Notes: generated by a model not told the origin, from the sequence alone. DNA of 64,000 bases from Terriglobia bacterium (GCA_963695545.1 OY968796.1:32001-96000); one strand, 5' to 3'; counted from the stretch's first letter, positions 30,053 through 40,629 are shown. A program made the numbers and translations.

Positions 30053-31633
30053 TTAAATTGCGGGCAGCTTCTCCGCCACCAGCTTGGCTTGCAGAAACAG
30101 CAGCAAATAATCGCGTCCGCCGGCCTTGGAGTCCGTCCCTGACATATTGAATCCGCCGAAAGGATGTCCGCCGACCATCGCTCCCGTGCACTTGCGATTG
30201 AAATAAAGATTTCCCACGTGGAAACTCTCGCGCGCCTTCTCGAGCTTCTTCGGATTGCGCGAATAGACCGCGCCTGTCAAACCAAACTCCGTATCGTTCG
30301 CGATATCGAGAGCATCATCGAAATCTCGCGCGCGAATCACCGCCAGCACTGGCCCGAAAATTTCCTCCTGCTCGATGCGCGCTCGCGGCGCGACATCGGC
30401 GATCACCGTCGGCTCGATAAAATATCCATCGCCCGCCGCGCGTCCGCCGCCCGTGATCAATCGCCCTTCCTTCTTCCCCACTTCGATGTAATCGAGAATC
30501 GTTTTCATCGCCGATTGATTGATCACCGGGCCCATGAAGTTCGCGGCGTCATCGGCTTCGCCCACGCGCATTTTCTTCACGCGCTCGGTCAGCTTCGCGA
30601 GAAACGCGTCATACACATCTCCCGCGACAATCGCGCGCGAACACGCCGAGCACTTCTGGCCCTGATAACCGAACGCCGAAACCGCCACGCCTTCCACGGC
30701 CGCATCCAGATCCGCTTCGCTATCCACGATGATCGCGTCCTTCCCTCCCATCTCGAGCACCGTGCGCTTGATCCAGATCTGTCCCGGCTGCGCCTTCGCC
30801 GCCAATTCCCCAATGTGCAGACCGACTTCTTTCGATCCCGTGAACGCCACAAATCGAGTTTTCGGGCGCTGCACCAGCGTGTCGCCGATCGCACCGCCCG
30901 CGCCCGGACAAAATTGCACCGCGTTCGCCGGCACGCCGGCTTCGCGCAGCAATTCGCAGAATTTGTATGCGATGGTCGGCGCGTCGCTTGAAGGTTTCAA
31001 CACCACCGTGTTTCCCGTCACCAGCGCCGCCGCCGTCATCCCGCCCATAATCGCCGCCGCAAAATTCCACGGCGGAATCACGATGCCCACGCCCAGCGGA
31101 ATATACGTGAGATTATTTCTCTCACCTTTGACGGGCGTCACCGCTTGCGGCCCGGCAAGGCGCAGCATTTCGCGCGCATAAAAATCGCAGAAGTCGATGA
31201 GCTCGGCCACATCGGCATCAGATTCCGGGGCGGTTTTGCCCGTCTCAAACGTAAGCCAGGCTTCAAACTCGAATTTCCGCTCGCGCAGCAAGCGCACCGC
31301 GCGGAAAATAATCTCCGCTCTTTCGGCCGCCGGCAGGCGCTTCCACTTCTCGAATTCAAGCGCCGCCTCTTCCACCGCGCGTTTCGCCAGTTCCACCGTA
31401 GCCTTCGAGAAAATCCCCACCACGCGCGAAGGCTTCGATGGATCGAGCGATCGCAGCTTTTCCGGCGTCTCGATCGCGTGTCCGCCAATCCACAGCGGAT
31501 ACTCGCGCCCCAATTCGGCGCGCACTTTGCCCAGCGCCGCGTCGATCGCCGCGCGATTCTCGGGCTTCGAGAAATCCGTCAGCGGTTCATTCGCGAATTC
31601 CCCGCGCCCAGCAAATGTTTCAGCAGAAGCCAT
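30053..31633 (-). CDS. pruA: L-glutamate gamma-semialdehyde (P5C) dehydrogenase, RocA/PruA type
   Basis: FANEP, IPPWNF, FTGSKEVG, LEMGGKD, GYQGQKCSACSR, EEIFGP and PFGGFNMSGTDSKAGG. Start at ATG 31633. Confidence 0.92.
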   Translation of the reverse strand: MASAETFAGRGEFANEPLTDFSKPENRAAIDAALGKVRAELGREYPLWIGGHAIETPEKLRSLDPSKPSRVVGIFSKATVELAKRAVEEAALEFEKWKRLPAAERAEIIFRAVRLLRERKFEFEAWLTFETGKTAPESDADVAELIDFCDFYAREMLRLAGPQAVTPVKGERNNLTYIPLGVGIVIPPWNFAAAIMGGMTAAALVTGNTVVLKPSSDAPTIAYKFCELLREAGVPANAVQFCPGAGGAIGDTLVQRPKTRFVAFTGSKEVGLHIGELAAKAQPGQIWIKRTVLEMGGKDAIIVDSEADLDAAVEGVAVSAFGYQGQKCSACSRAIVAGDVYDAFLAKLTERVKKMRVGEADDAANFMGPVINQSAMKTILDYIEVGKKEGRLITGGGRAAGDGYFIEPTVIADVAPRARIEQEEIFGPVLAVIRARDFDDALDIANDTEFGLTGAVYSRNPKKLEKARESFHVGNLYFNRKCTGAMVGGHPFGGFNMSGTDSKAGGRDYLLLFLQAKLVAEKLPAI

Positions 31634-31829
31634 AAGTAGATTCTCTCCAGGAAACTCGCGGTAAGTCGCAGCGCGCGGCCCGCGCGCCAATTGTTATTTT
31701 AGCGTGCCCCAGACAAACGCTACAAGCAGGCGACTGCAAATGCCGCATCGCGCGAGACGGGCGAGTATGATACAAACCATGCGTAACGAACACGATTGCC
31801 TGCGCAACATCAACCCGGGAGGGCGAACA

Positions 31830-32987
31830 ATGAAGGCACGCACTGCATTTGTGGGTCTGGCTCTCGCCCTTTTGTGGGCATTTGGCGGCGTATCGGCGCT
31901 GCACGCGGCGACCAAAGTGAAAAATCCCAGGAGGGCCACGGTGGAAACCAGCGAATACGGAAAACTTGCGGACGGCACGCCGGTGCAACTCTTCACGCTC
32001 ACGAACTCCAAGGGCTCCGTCGCCAAAATCACCAATTTCGGCGCCACGCTCACCGAGCTGTGGATTCCCGATCGCTCGGGGCGCAAGCGCGACATTGTTC
32101 TCGGCTTCGACAGCCTCGATGGATATGTCGGAAAAGAACCCTACTTCGGCGCGACGGTCGGCCGCTATGCGAACCGCATCGCCAACGGCAAATTCACGCT
32201 CGACGGAAAGACGTATCAGCTCGCGATCAACGATCCGCCCAATTCCCTGCACGGCGGAACGGTGGGATTTGACCGCAAGGTTTGGAAAGCGGAGCCGGTC
32301 GAAGTGCCGCATGCGGCGTCCGTGAAATTCAGCTACGACAGCCCCGACGGCGAGGAAAATTATCCAGGCAATCTGCACGCCACCGTGCAATACACGCTTA
32401 CCGATGACGACGAATTGAAGCTCGACTACACGGCCACGACCGACAAGGACACGATTATTAACCTGACCAATCACAGCTATTTCAATCTTGCTGGCGCCGA
32501 TAGCGGAGATGTGCTGAAACAAATCCTGATGTTGAACGCGAACAGTTACACGCCCGTGAACGCGAACCTGATTCCCACGGGCGAAATTCTGCCCGTGGCC
32601 GGCACGCCTTTCGATTTCACGAAACCCATGGCCATCGGCTCGCGCATCAACGATCCGCAAGTTCAAGCGCACAAGGGATATGACAACAACTACGTCGTGA
32701 ACGGTACGCCGGGCGATTTGCGCCTGGCAGCACGCGCCACCGATCCCGATTCCGGCCGCACCATGGAAGTCTGGACCACGCAGCCCGGCATTCAGCTCTA
32801 CACCAGCAATTACCTCGATGGCACGCTGGACGGCAAGCGCGGGGTTCATTACAAACAGTACGGCGCGTTCGCTCTTGAAACACAGCATTATCCCGATTCG
32901 ATCAATCAACCGAATTTCCCGCCGGTGGTCCTGCACCCCGGCCAGACGTTTCACGAGGAAACAGTTTTGAAGTTCTCGACGCACTGA
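31830..32987 (+). CDS. galM: Aldose 1-epimerase (galactose mutarotase) with N-terminal signal peptide
   Basis: YFGATVGRYANRIA, SLHGG, NLTNHSYFNL and ALETQHYPDS. GGAGG RBS before ATG 31830. Confidence 0.93.
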   Translation: MKARTAFVGLALALLWAFGGVSALHAATKVKNPRRATVETSEYGKLADGTPVQLFTLTNSKGSVAKITNFGATLTELWIPDRSGRKRDIVLGFDSLDGYVGKEPYFGATVGRYANRIANGKFTLDGKTYQLAINDPPNSLHGGTVGFDRKVWKAEPVEVPHAASVKFSYDSPDGEENYPGNLHATVQYTLTDDDELKLDYTATTDKDTIINLTNHSYFNLAGADSGDVLKQILMLNANSYTPVNANLIPTGEILPVAGTPFDFTKPMAIGSRINDPQVQAHKGYDNNYVVNGTPGDLRLAARATDPDSGRTMEVWTTQPGIQLYTSNYLDGTLDGKRGVHYKQYGAFALETQHYPDSINQPNFPPVVLHPGQTFHEETVLKFSTH

Positions 32988-33028
32988 TCAGCGCAAGCCG
33001 TGCCGCGGCGGCCGCGGCTGCTGCGGCG

Positions 33029-33079
33029 AAGCGCGAATGCCCCACATGCCGAATTTGCGTGTGGGGCGTTTCGCTTTTA
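33029..33079. terminator. Long hairpin between convergent galM and xylB, putative terminator
   Basis: AAGCGCGAATGCCCCACATGC-loop-GCGTGTGGGGCGTTTCGCTTTT. Confidence 0.6.
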
Positions 33080-33091
33080 TGGCAGCAAGGT

Positions 33092-34606
33092 TTAAAGCGA
33101 GGACGGAAAAATTTCGCGCAGCGCCGGATAAATTCGGCGATATGTCTCGTAGGATTTCTGCAGCAGCGCGGAATTCGCCGCATCGGGCCGAACGCGCCGC
33201 GCCACGCGAACCACTGCGTCGCAAGCTTCATCCACCGAGCGCCACATTCCCGCGCCGACGCCCGCGAGAATCGCCGCGCCATAAGCCGCGCCTTCCTCCG
33301 CTTCCACCAGCTCCACTTCGTGCGCGTAAACGTCGGCCTGAATCTGCCGCCACAATTCGCCGCGCGCTCCGCCGCCGCCCAACCGCACGCGCTCGACCGG
33401 CACGCGCAGCTCGTCGAATATCGTGAACGTATCCTTCAGGCTGAACGCCACGCCCTCAAGGATGGCGCGAATCACGTGCGCCCGCGTGTGCGACGCCGAA
33501 AGTCCGACAAGCGCCGCGCGCGCATTCGGATCGAGATGCGGCGTGCGCTCGCCCATCAGATACGGCGCCCAGAAAACCCCGTCCGATCCCGCCGGCGCCG
33601 TCGCCGCTTCCTCACTGAGCCGATCGTACGGATCGCGCCCGTCGTCGCGGCTGCCGGGCGCGCCCGCGCCGAATCGATCGCGGAACCAACGCAGCGAAAG
33701 GCCCGCTGCCTGTGTCACGCCCATCACGTGCCATCGTCCGGGCACGGCGTGGCAGAACGTGTGAATGCGTCCGCGCGGATCGAGTGCCGGCCGATCCGTC
33801 GCGGCGAACACCACACCTGACGTTCCGATGGTCGCGCTCACCGCGCCCGGCCGCACGATTCCCATGCCCACCGCGCCCGCGGCCTGATCGCCCGCGCCGG
33901 CAACGATGGGGGTACCCGCTGGCAATCCCGTCGCCGCGGATCCTGCGGCGGAAACTTTGGCGCACACGTCGGGCGATTCGTGTAGCGAGGGAAGCATCGA
34001 GCGCGGGATTTGCGTCTTGCTTGCAACTTCGGCGGACCAAACGCGATTCGCAACGTCGAGCAACAAAGTGCCGGAAGCATCGGAAACGTCCGTGGCACGC
34101 TCACCCGTGAGCCGGAAGCGAACGTAATCTTTCGGAAGCATGATGTGGCGCACGCGCTTCCAATTCTCCGGTTCGTTTTCGCGGACCCAAAGCAATTTCG
34201 TGAGCGTGAAATTGGTGAGCGGCGGATTCAGGGTGAGTTCGATCAGACGGCCGGGGCCGAACAGTTGGTCGAGTTCGCGCGCTTGCTTTTCGGTCCGCTG
34301 GTCACACCAGATCAGCGCGGGGCGGACAACCTCGCCGGCTTCGTCGAGCATGACGGCGCCGTGCATTTGTCCCGAGAAGCCGACGCAGGAAATCGCGTCG
34401 CCGCGAACAGCTGCGGACGCGAGCGCTCGGCCGACGGCCAGGCCGCAAGCGCGCCACCAATCGCGCGGATCCTGTTCGGCCCAGCCGGGGTGCGGAGATG
34501 CGAACGCGGCGTGCTCTTCGACGCCGGAGCCGAGAATGCGGCCCTGCGCATCGATGATCAGAGCGCGCGTGCCGCTTGTGCCAACGTCAATGCCGAGGAC
34601 GGGGAT
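33092..34606 (-). CDS. xylB: Xylulokinase (FGGY kinase) with apparent non-canonical ATC start
   Basis: The frame extends 80 codons upstream of the track start and includes VLGIDVGTSGTRA, AEQDP and GFSGQMHG. Also GAGDQAAGAVG and PYLMGERTPH. GAGGAG lies 8 nt before the ATC. Confidence 0.9.
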   Translation of the reverse strand: MPVLGIDVGTSGTRALIIDAQGRILGSGVEEHAAFASPHPGWAEQDPRDWWRACGLAVGRALASAAVRGDAISCVGFSGQMHGAVMLDEAGEVVRPALIWCDQRTEKQARELDQLFGPGRLIELTLNPPLTNFTLTKLLWVRENEPENWKRVRHIMLPKDYVRFRLTGERATDVSDASGTLLLDVANRVWSAEVASKTQIPRSMLPSLHESPDVCAKVSAAGSAATGLPAGTPIVAGAGDQAAGAVGMGIVRPGAVSATIGTSGVVFAATDRPALDPRGRIHTFCHAVPGRWHVMGVTQAAGLSLRWFRDRFGAGAPGSRDDGRDPYDRLSEEAATAPAGSDGVFWAPYLMGERTPHLDPNARAALVGLSASHTRAHVIRAILEGVAFSLKDTFTIFDELRVPVERVRLGGGGARGELWRQIQADVYAHEVELVEAEEGAAYGAAILAGVGAGMWRSVDEACDAVVRVARRVRPDAANSALLQKSYETYRRIYPALREIFPSSL

Positions 34607-34649
34607 TGTGGTGACTCCTCTTTCGGTCTATTTCCAAATTTGCGCGCGG

Positions 34650-36725
34650 CTATTTCAAATATGTCGCGAGCCAATCGGCAACGGCATCGTTCCAACGCTC
34701 GCTGTTGAGCGGCTTCTGAATCCAGTGGCCTTCATCGGGAAATAGCAGAATCTTTGATGGCACGCCCTGGCGTTGGAGCGCGGTGAAAAACTCGAGATCC
34801 TGCGTGTACGGCACGCGGTAATCGAGTTCGCCGGCGAGGATCAGCGTGGGCGTTTTATATTTTCCCAATGCCGCGGCGTATGTGCTGGGCGACCAATTTT
34901 GATAGCTCGCGGGATTCGTCCACGGCGTACCTTTCAAATCGTGCTCGACGAACCAGAGTTCTTCGGTCGAACCATACATGCTGAATTCGTCGTACGGTCC
35001 GGCGTGACTGATCAAACATTTGAAGCGGTCCGTGCGCGTCGCGATCCAGTCAACCATGTAGCCGCCGTAGGAACCGCCGATCGCGGCGGTGCGGCTGCCA
35101 TCCGTGAACGGATACGTGGCGAGCACGTAGTCCAGGCCCTTCATCAAGTCTTCGTACGGTCGGCCGCCCCAATCGTCCTGAATTTCATCGACGAATTTTT
35201 GTCCATAGCCGGTCGAGCCGCGCGGATTGATCAGCACGGCGACGTAACCGGGCGCGGCGAAAAGTTGCGCGTTCCATCGATAGGCTTGGCTCTCCCAGGC
35301 GTCTTCCCATCCTGCTTGCGGGCCGCCGTGGATCACGAGCACGACTGGATATTTTTTCGAGGGATCGAATGACGGCGGGCGGATCAAGATCCCTTCGACG
35401 CGCGTTCCGCCTGCGCCCGCAAACCAGAACGTTTCGGGCCGCGCTAGATCGAGTTGTGCGAGCAGGGGCGCGTTCTCATGCGTGAGTTGGCGAAGATCGG
35501 AACCGTCGCTGCGCGCGGCCCAAACTTCCGTGGGCGCGTTCTGCGCCGAGCGCAGAATTGCCATGGTGCTTCCATCGGCGGAGAAAGTTACGTTGTCGTT
35601 GAAGCCGCCGACGATCGCTCGCGGCTCAGCATCGGGCGTGGCGGCGACTTCAAACACGGGCTGTTCGATTTCCTGTTGCGCCCAGAAGTATAGATTCTTG
35701 CTGTCGGGAGACCAGAGAATCGTGTCAACCCAGAGATCGAAGTTCGGGGCGAGGCGCGCGGATGTGCCGGACGCGCGATCGTAGAGCATGAGCCGCCAGA
35801 GATCGCTCTCATATTCCGGCGTGGCCTGCGAGCGATAGGCGATGCTGCGACCGTCGGGAGAATATGTCGGGTGACCATCGAAGCCGGGATTCGTGGTGAT
35901 GCGCTTGGGAGCGCCGCCGGCGAGATCGACGACGAACAAATCGCCGTTGGTGCTGATGGCTTCGGGGCGATCGGTGACGGCGGTAAAACAAATTTGTTTG
36001 CTATCGGGCGACCAAGCGATGTCGGTGGGGTCGCCGCGCTGATCCGGCGGCACGTCGTAATCGGCGGCGGGCGTGAGATCGCGCGCTTGACCGGATTGCG
36101 CGTCGGCGACGAACAGATGACTGCGCGTGCCATCGCTCCAGCGCACCCAGTGGCGGAAAAGCAGCGTGTCGTATTCGCGCGCCTTCACGGGATTTACGTC
36201 GCGAGCGTGGACGCGCGCGGCGTTGCACGCGTCGTCGGCGCAATTGGGGAAGACGCTTGAGGTGAAGGCGATCGAGCGGCCGTCAGGCGACCACTGTTCG
36301 TTATCGGCGCCCGTGGAGAGCGTCGTGAGAAGTTCCGGATCTCCGCCGGCCACGGCGACGACGTAAACTTGTGTCACACCGGCGCGATCGGAGAGAAACG
36401 CGATGCGCGTTCCGTCGGGCGACCACTGTGGGCGCGAATTGTTGCCGCCGCGCGTGAGCTGGCGCGCGTCGCCGCCATCGGTGGGCACGAGCCAGACTTC
36501 GTTGACCACGCTATTGGCGGCGAGATCCGGCGTGCCGATGGTGTAGACCACCCATTTGCCGTCCGGCGAAATCTGTGGCTCCGAAACGCGCCGGATGGAC
36601 TGCAGATCGTTCACGCTCATGGGGCGCTTGGCGGGCGTTTGCGCGCCGACATGGATTGCGAAGGCCAACAATGAGAAAATAAGTGCGAATTGTTTCAGGA
36701 TCTTCTTTCGCAAGTACTGTCGCAA
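34650..36725 (-). CDS. S9 family serine peptidase (acylaminoacyl/dipeptidyl aminopeptidase), secreted
   Basis: Signal peptide, PD40/TolB-like WSPDG repeats, IHGGP, GGSYGG nucleophile, ELDYRVP and DEGH. Exact start uncertain. Confidence 0.92.
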   Translation of the reverse strand: MRQYLRKKILKQFALIFSLLAFAIHVGAQTPAKRPMSVNDLQSIRRVSEPQISPDGKWVVYTIGTPDLAANSVVNEVWLVPTDGGDARQLTRGGNNSRPQWSPDGTRIAFLSDRAGVTQVYVVAVAGGDPELLTTLSTGADNEQWSPDGRSIAFTSSVFPNCADDACNAARVHARDVNPVKAREYDTLLFRHWVRWSDGTRSHLFVADAQSGQARDLTPAADYDVPPDQRGDPTDIAWSPDSKQICFTAVTDRPEAISTNGDLFVVDLAGGAPKRITTNPGFDGHPTYSPDGRSIAYRSQATPEYESDLWRLMLYDRASGTSARLAPNFDLWVDTILWSPDSKNLYFWAQQEIEQPVFEVAATPDAEPRAIVGGFNDNVTFSADGSTMAILRSAQNAPTEVWAARSDGSDLRQLTHENAPLLAQLDLARPETFWFAGAGGTRVEGILIRPPSFDPSKKYPVVLVIHGGPQAGWEDAWESQAYRWNAQLFAAPGYVAVLINPRGSTGYGQKFVDEIQDDWGGRPYEDLMKGLDYVLATYPFTDGSRTAAIGGSYGGYMVDWIATRTDRFKCLISHAGPYDEFSMYGSTEELWFVEHDLKGTPWTNPASYQNWSPSTYAAALGKYKTPTLILAGELDYRVPYTQDLEFFTALQRQGVPSKILLFPDEGHWIQKPLNSERWNDAVADWLATYLK

Positions 36726-36958
36726 GGCTCGTCCTCACTGCATTCGTTTGCTGGTCAGCATCCAGCGTCAGCCAGACTATCACAGGGCTCCGACCGAATC
36801 GACTCCAGTGGGCGAAGCGTCGCGCGGCGATTTTGACAGCAACGCGTTCGCGGATTGCGTCGCGCCTCCGGGCTTGCTTCGTGTGCCATGCGGAGTCGGA
36901 CTTTCCGCCCCGGGCTAAATTGTGCCGTCCTGGGGCTCGGCTGACGCCCTGCCTCTCA

Positions 36959-36988
36959 TTGACTGACCGCCAGTCAGTACGATAGGAT
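36959..36988 (+). promoter_or_regulatory. Sigma70 promoter with overlapping palindromic operator (likely for the downstream TetR)
   Basis: TTGACT-18 nt-TAGGAT. Inverted repeat ACTGAC-CGCCA-GTCAGT at 36962-36978. Confidence 0.6.
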
Positions 36989-37048
36989 GGTTGTAGACGA
37001 TTTGTGGCGGGGCGCGCCGAATCGACGGCGTCGCGACGAGAGGGCCGG

Positions 37049-37933
37049 ATGAGCGGCGAGAAGCGCGATGTGAAAGTGGGCAGCACGACCTATCTCATCA
37101 CGGGCGCGACAGGAGACATCGGATCGCGCGTCGTCGAGCAGCTGCTCGAGCGCGGCGATCGGCCGCGCGTGTTCGTGCGCGACGCGGAGAAGGCGCGAGC
37201 GCGCTACGGCGATCGCGTGGATATTTTTGCCGGCGACCTCGCGGACGCGTCGTCGTTACGACTGGCGCTTTGCGGAGTTGACACGTTGTTCCTTCTCAAC
37301 AGCGGCCCCGAGCTGGCGCAGCGCGACGACGCGGCCGCGAAGGCCGCGCGGGCCGCCGGCGTGAAGCATCTCGTCAAACTCTCGTCGATGGATTCGCAGC
37401 GAGACGTCGGGACCGGAGTGTGGCACGCGCGAGGAGAATCCGCGATCCGCGCGAGCGGAATCGCGTACACGTTCGTGCAACCGGCAGGATTCATATCAAA
37501 CGCGCTGGGGTGGGCGACGTCGATCAAAGCGGAAGGGGTAGTGCGCGCGCCGACCGGCGACGGGAGGATCGCCTTCATTCACCCTGCCGACATCGCAGCC
37601 GTCGCAACCGCGGTATTGACCGCGCGCGAGTACGACGGGGAGCCGTTGCCGATTACGGGTCCCGAGGCGCTGAACTACGCCGAGATGACGGCGAAGATCG
37701 GCGCAGCCACCAAGAAGCCGATCAGATTTGAGCCGATCAGCGAGGAACAGGAGCGCGCGCAAATGATGGCGAGCGGCGATCCGGCTGAGATCGTCTCGGC
37801 GCACATCTCGATTTACCGCGCGATTCGCGAAGGGCGTCTGGCCGGCGTCACGAACAACGTCGAGCGCGTGATCGGCCGAAAGCCGATCACATTCGATCAG
37901 TGGGCGCAGGAGAACGCGGCGGCATTTCGCTGA
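37049..37933 (+). CDS. NmrA/atypical SDR NAD(P)H-binding oxidoreductase
   Basis: LITGATGDIG Rossmann motif, IHPADIAAVA and ITGPEAL. Confidence 0.88.
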   Translation: MSGEKRDVKVGSTTYLITGATGDIGSRVVEQLLERGDRPRVFVRDAEKARARYGDRVDIFAGDLADASSLRLALCGVDTLFLLNSGPELAQRDDAAAKAARAAGVKHLVKLSSMDSQRDVGTGVWHARGESAIRASGIAYTFVQPAGFISNALGWATSIKAEGVVRAPTGDGRIAFIHPADIAAVATAVLTAREYDGEPLPITGPEALNYAEMTAKIGAATKKPIRFEPISEEQERAQMMASGDPAEIVSAHISIYRAIREGRLAGVTNNVERVIGRKPITFDQWAQENAAAFR

Positions 37934-38071
37934 ACACGGTGACGGCGGTCCGCCCGGAAAAGTGGGCGGCAGGTGGCACGCGCAGGGAGCGCTCGCATGA
38001 CTTTTTCCCAGCACGTTCGCTATGCTGCGTTCGGCGGACAGCGATCCGTCGCGGAGGCTAGCCGATTATTC

Positions 38072-38683
38072 ATGCGCGCGCCAAACAACTTACGACCAAG
38101 GACCAAGCCAGCCGAAGAGCGGCGAGACGAGCTGATGAATGCGGCGCAGCGCCTATTCATCAAGAACGGCGTGGCGGCGACCTCGATCGAGCAGATCACC
38201 GACGGCGCGAATGTCGCCAAGGGCACCTTCTATCTTCATTTTTCCTCGAAGGACGATGTGTTGTTCGCGTTGCGTGAACGATTCGTGCGGGAATTGTTGG
38301 ACGGCATCAAGAGTGCGATTGCGAAGCGGCGCGAGGAGGATTGGAAAGGGAAACTTGCGGCGTGGGCCGAGGCGGGGATCGCAGGCTACGTCGACGCGGC
38401 GGCGCTTCACGATATCGTGTTTTACGAATTTCAAGCTCCGTCGCCCAAAAAGCACGGCGACAATCCCGTCGTTGCGCACCTTTCCGCGCTGCTCGCGGCC
38501 GGGACCAGCGCAGGCGCTTGGTCTGTCGATGATCCCCGATTTACCGCGGACTTTTTGTTTCACGGGCTGCACGGAGTTGTGCACGACGCGCTGGCCAGGA
38601 AGAAGCGCGTCGCGCGGAGCGCACTCATTCGGAAACTGCAGCAAACGTGCTTCAGGGCAGTCGGATTGCGGGCAGCAAAATAA
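38072..38683 (+). CDS. TetR/AcrR family transcriptional regulator
   Basis: AAQRLF...TSIEQITDGANVAKGTFYLHFSSKDD. Confidence 0.92.
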   Translation: MRAPNNLRPRTKPAEERRDELMNAAQRLFIKNGVAATSIEQITDGANVAKGTFYLHFSSKDDVLFALRERFVRELLDGIKSAIAKRREEDWKGKLAAWAEAGIAGYVDAAALHDIVFYEFQAPSPKKHGDNPVVAHLSALLAAGTSAGAWSVDDPRFTADFLFHGLHGVVHDALARKKRVARSALIRKLQQTCFRAVGLRAAK

Positions 38684-38703
38684 ATCGTAACTGCGGCGTC
38701 CGA

Positions 38704-40629
38704 CTATTTCTCGGTCGTCAGAGGCTGGATCGTGTTGGTGAGCAGATCCGGCACGGACGGATCGCGCTCTAGATGCGGAATGCGCAGGCCGCCGTGATAG
38801 TAAACGCGAACCGTTTGCGTGTAACCGACGTTGTCCACTTGCAGCACGATCGGCTCGGCAGTTCCCTTCGCGCCCACGATGGCGTCGCGCAGTACATCGG
38901 GCGACCAGGCGCGTCCATTCACCGATATCAATCTCATTCCAGGCGCAAGGCCCGCCTGAGCCGCGGGACCGCCGGGTATCACGTCGAGCAACTCGCCGGC
39001 CCTCGCGCCCTCCGATGAGCTGACGAGAATGCCGAGCGTGAAATTTTCGGCCACCAGACTTTCAGACGGCTCCAGCGCTTCAATGTAAGTGTTGGGCTGA
39101 TCGTTGTATACGAGATGCCAGCCGCCACCGGTGATCCCGCCCATCGGCGGGTGCAGGGTGATCACGTCGAGTCGATCGTGGAAAAATTTCGCCCAGTCGT
39201 ACGGCGCGACCTGATTAAGTGCGGTGACAACTTCATCAAGCGTGTAGGGGATGAGTTGCGGCGGGCTGGACGGCGCGCCCTCGAAGAGACGGCAGAAATC
39301 GTCGAGCGATTTCTGGCCGTGGGTGAGCTGGCGAATGGTGACGTCCGCATCGAGCCACATCAGCCAGCTTTCATCGTAAAAATCCACCCAGCGGCGGTAG
39401 GATCGCCACGCTTCCCCCGGAACCATGTAGAGCAACTGCGCGGACACCGCGGTATCCTCGAGCGTTCTCCAGTTGCGGCCGGGCCAATTGTCGAGATACG
39501 CCGCGGTCCACGCGAGCCACTCGCGATAATCGGCGTCGGTTTCGATGCCACTGCGCGCGGACAGCACCTCGCCGTAATATTGCGTCAAGCCTTCGTAGAC
39601 CCACAGCAAATCGCCCTTCATCGGCTGCTGAAAATCGGGCGTGGAAAGACCGAGCGGACGCCGATATTTTCCATTCCATGAATGGAAAAACTCATGGCTT
39701 AGCAAATCCGCGTAGTAGGTGCGATATTCCGGATCGAGAAGCATGCGCTCGGGAGCGCGATTGTCACTCGATTGGTGATGCTCGAGGCCGTTGGGATCCA
39801 TGTGATCGGTCAGGCTGAGCAGAAAATCGTAGTGATTATAATGATGCGCTTGAAACAGCGCTTGGGCCTCGCGCACCAAGTGGTTGTAAGCTTCGAGCTC
39901 GTCCTTCGGAATTTGCACGGCATCGTGCGAATCGCCAGCCAGATCGAGGCGGTCCGGCGGCTGCACGTCGGTGGCGAGCGGAATTGAGCGAAAGTACTCG
40001 CCCATCAGGACGGGCGAATCCACGAGCGTGGTGAGCGACACGGGCTTGAATTCCTCGGCGCCGTCGTCGGTTTCTTGCTGGAGCTCGAGTGCCGTGCCGT
40101 ATTTCCATCCGGCGGGAACGCGCAGCGTCGGGATGTAGGTCAAATCGTCGGTTTTCGCGCCCTCGGGATAAAGGACCACCAGATTCCATTCGAGAATCGC
40201 CATTTTGGCGGTCGCGGAGGGACCTTCGGAGTAGCCTTCGCTTTCAAGCGGCGTCAGATAATCAAGCGAAACGTCGAGTTCGGTCGCGCCGTCGGGAATG
40301 TCCAGGTGGAACGCGAACATGTCCACGTCGTCGCGTCGCCACGGCAAAACTTTTCCGCCGGCCATGAAGCGCAGGCCGACCACATCGGAGATGGGACCGT
40401 TCGGTCCGTGCTCGCCGGGAATCCATTTCGGATACAGGAGCGTGAAAGGACCGGGCGAAACCGGGAAGACCATGTGGGCGTGGAAGATTCGCTTCGGGGC
40501 TTCGCTCAAATCCGCGTAAATGCGAATCGGCTCGGGGCGCGATTGCGCGGCGAGTCTCCCTGCGGAGGCGAAAAAAGCCAGCGTCGCAAGCAGCGCGACC
40601 ACCGAGCGAGAACGACATCTGAAATTCAT
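38704..40629 (-). CDS. M61 family (glycyl aminopeptidase-like) metallopeptidase with C-terminal PDZ
   Basis: Signal peptide, YPKWIPGEH, GLEH, HEFFHSWNGK (HExxH), LWVYEGLTQY and PDZ GGPAAQAGL. GGAAGG before ATG 40629. Confidence 0.9.
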   Translation of the reverse strand: MNFRCRSRSVVALLATLAFFASAGRLAAQSRPEPIRIYADLSEAPKRIFHAHMVFPVSPGPFTLLYPKWIPGEHGPNGPISDVVGLRFMAGGKVLPWRRDDVDMFAFHLDIPDGATELDVSLDYLTPLESEGYSEGPSATAKMAILEWNLVVLYPEGAKTDDLTYIPTLRVPAGWKYGTALELQQETDDGAEEFKPVSLTTLVDSPVLMGEYFRSIPLATDVQPPDRLDLAGDSHDAVQIPKDELEAYNHLVREAQALFQAHHYNHYDFLLSLTDHMDPNGLEHHQSSDNRAPERMLLDPEYRTYYADLLSHEFFHSWNGKYRRPLGLSTPDFQQPMKGDLLWVYEGLTQYYGEVLSARSGIETDADYREWLAWTAAYLDNWPGRNWRTLEDTAVSAQLLYMVPGEAWRSYRRWVDFYDESWLMWLDADVTIRQLTHGQKSLDDFCRLFEGAPSSPPQLIPYTLDEVVTALNQVAPYDWAKFFHDRLDVITLHPPMGGITGGGWHLVYNDQPNTYIEALEPSESLVAENFTLGILVSSSEGARAGELLDVIPGGPAAQAGLAPGMRLISVNGRAWSPDVLRDAIVGAKGTAEPIVLQVDNVGYTQTVRVYYHGGLRIPHLERDPSVPDLLTNTIQPLTTEK

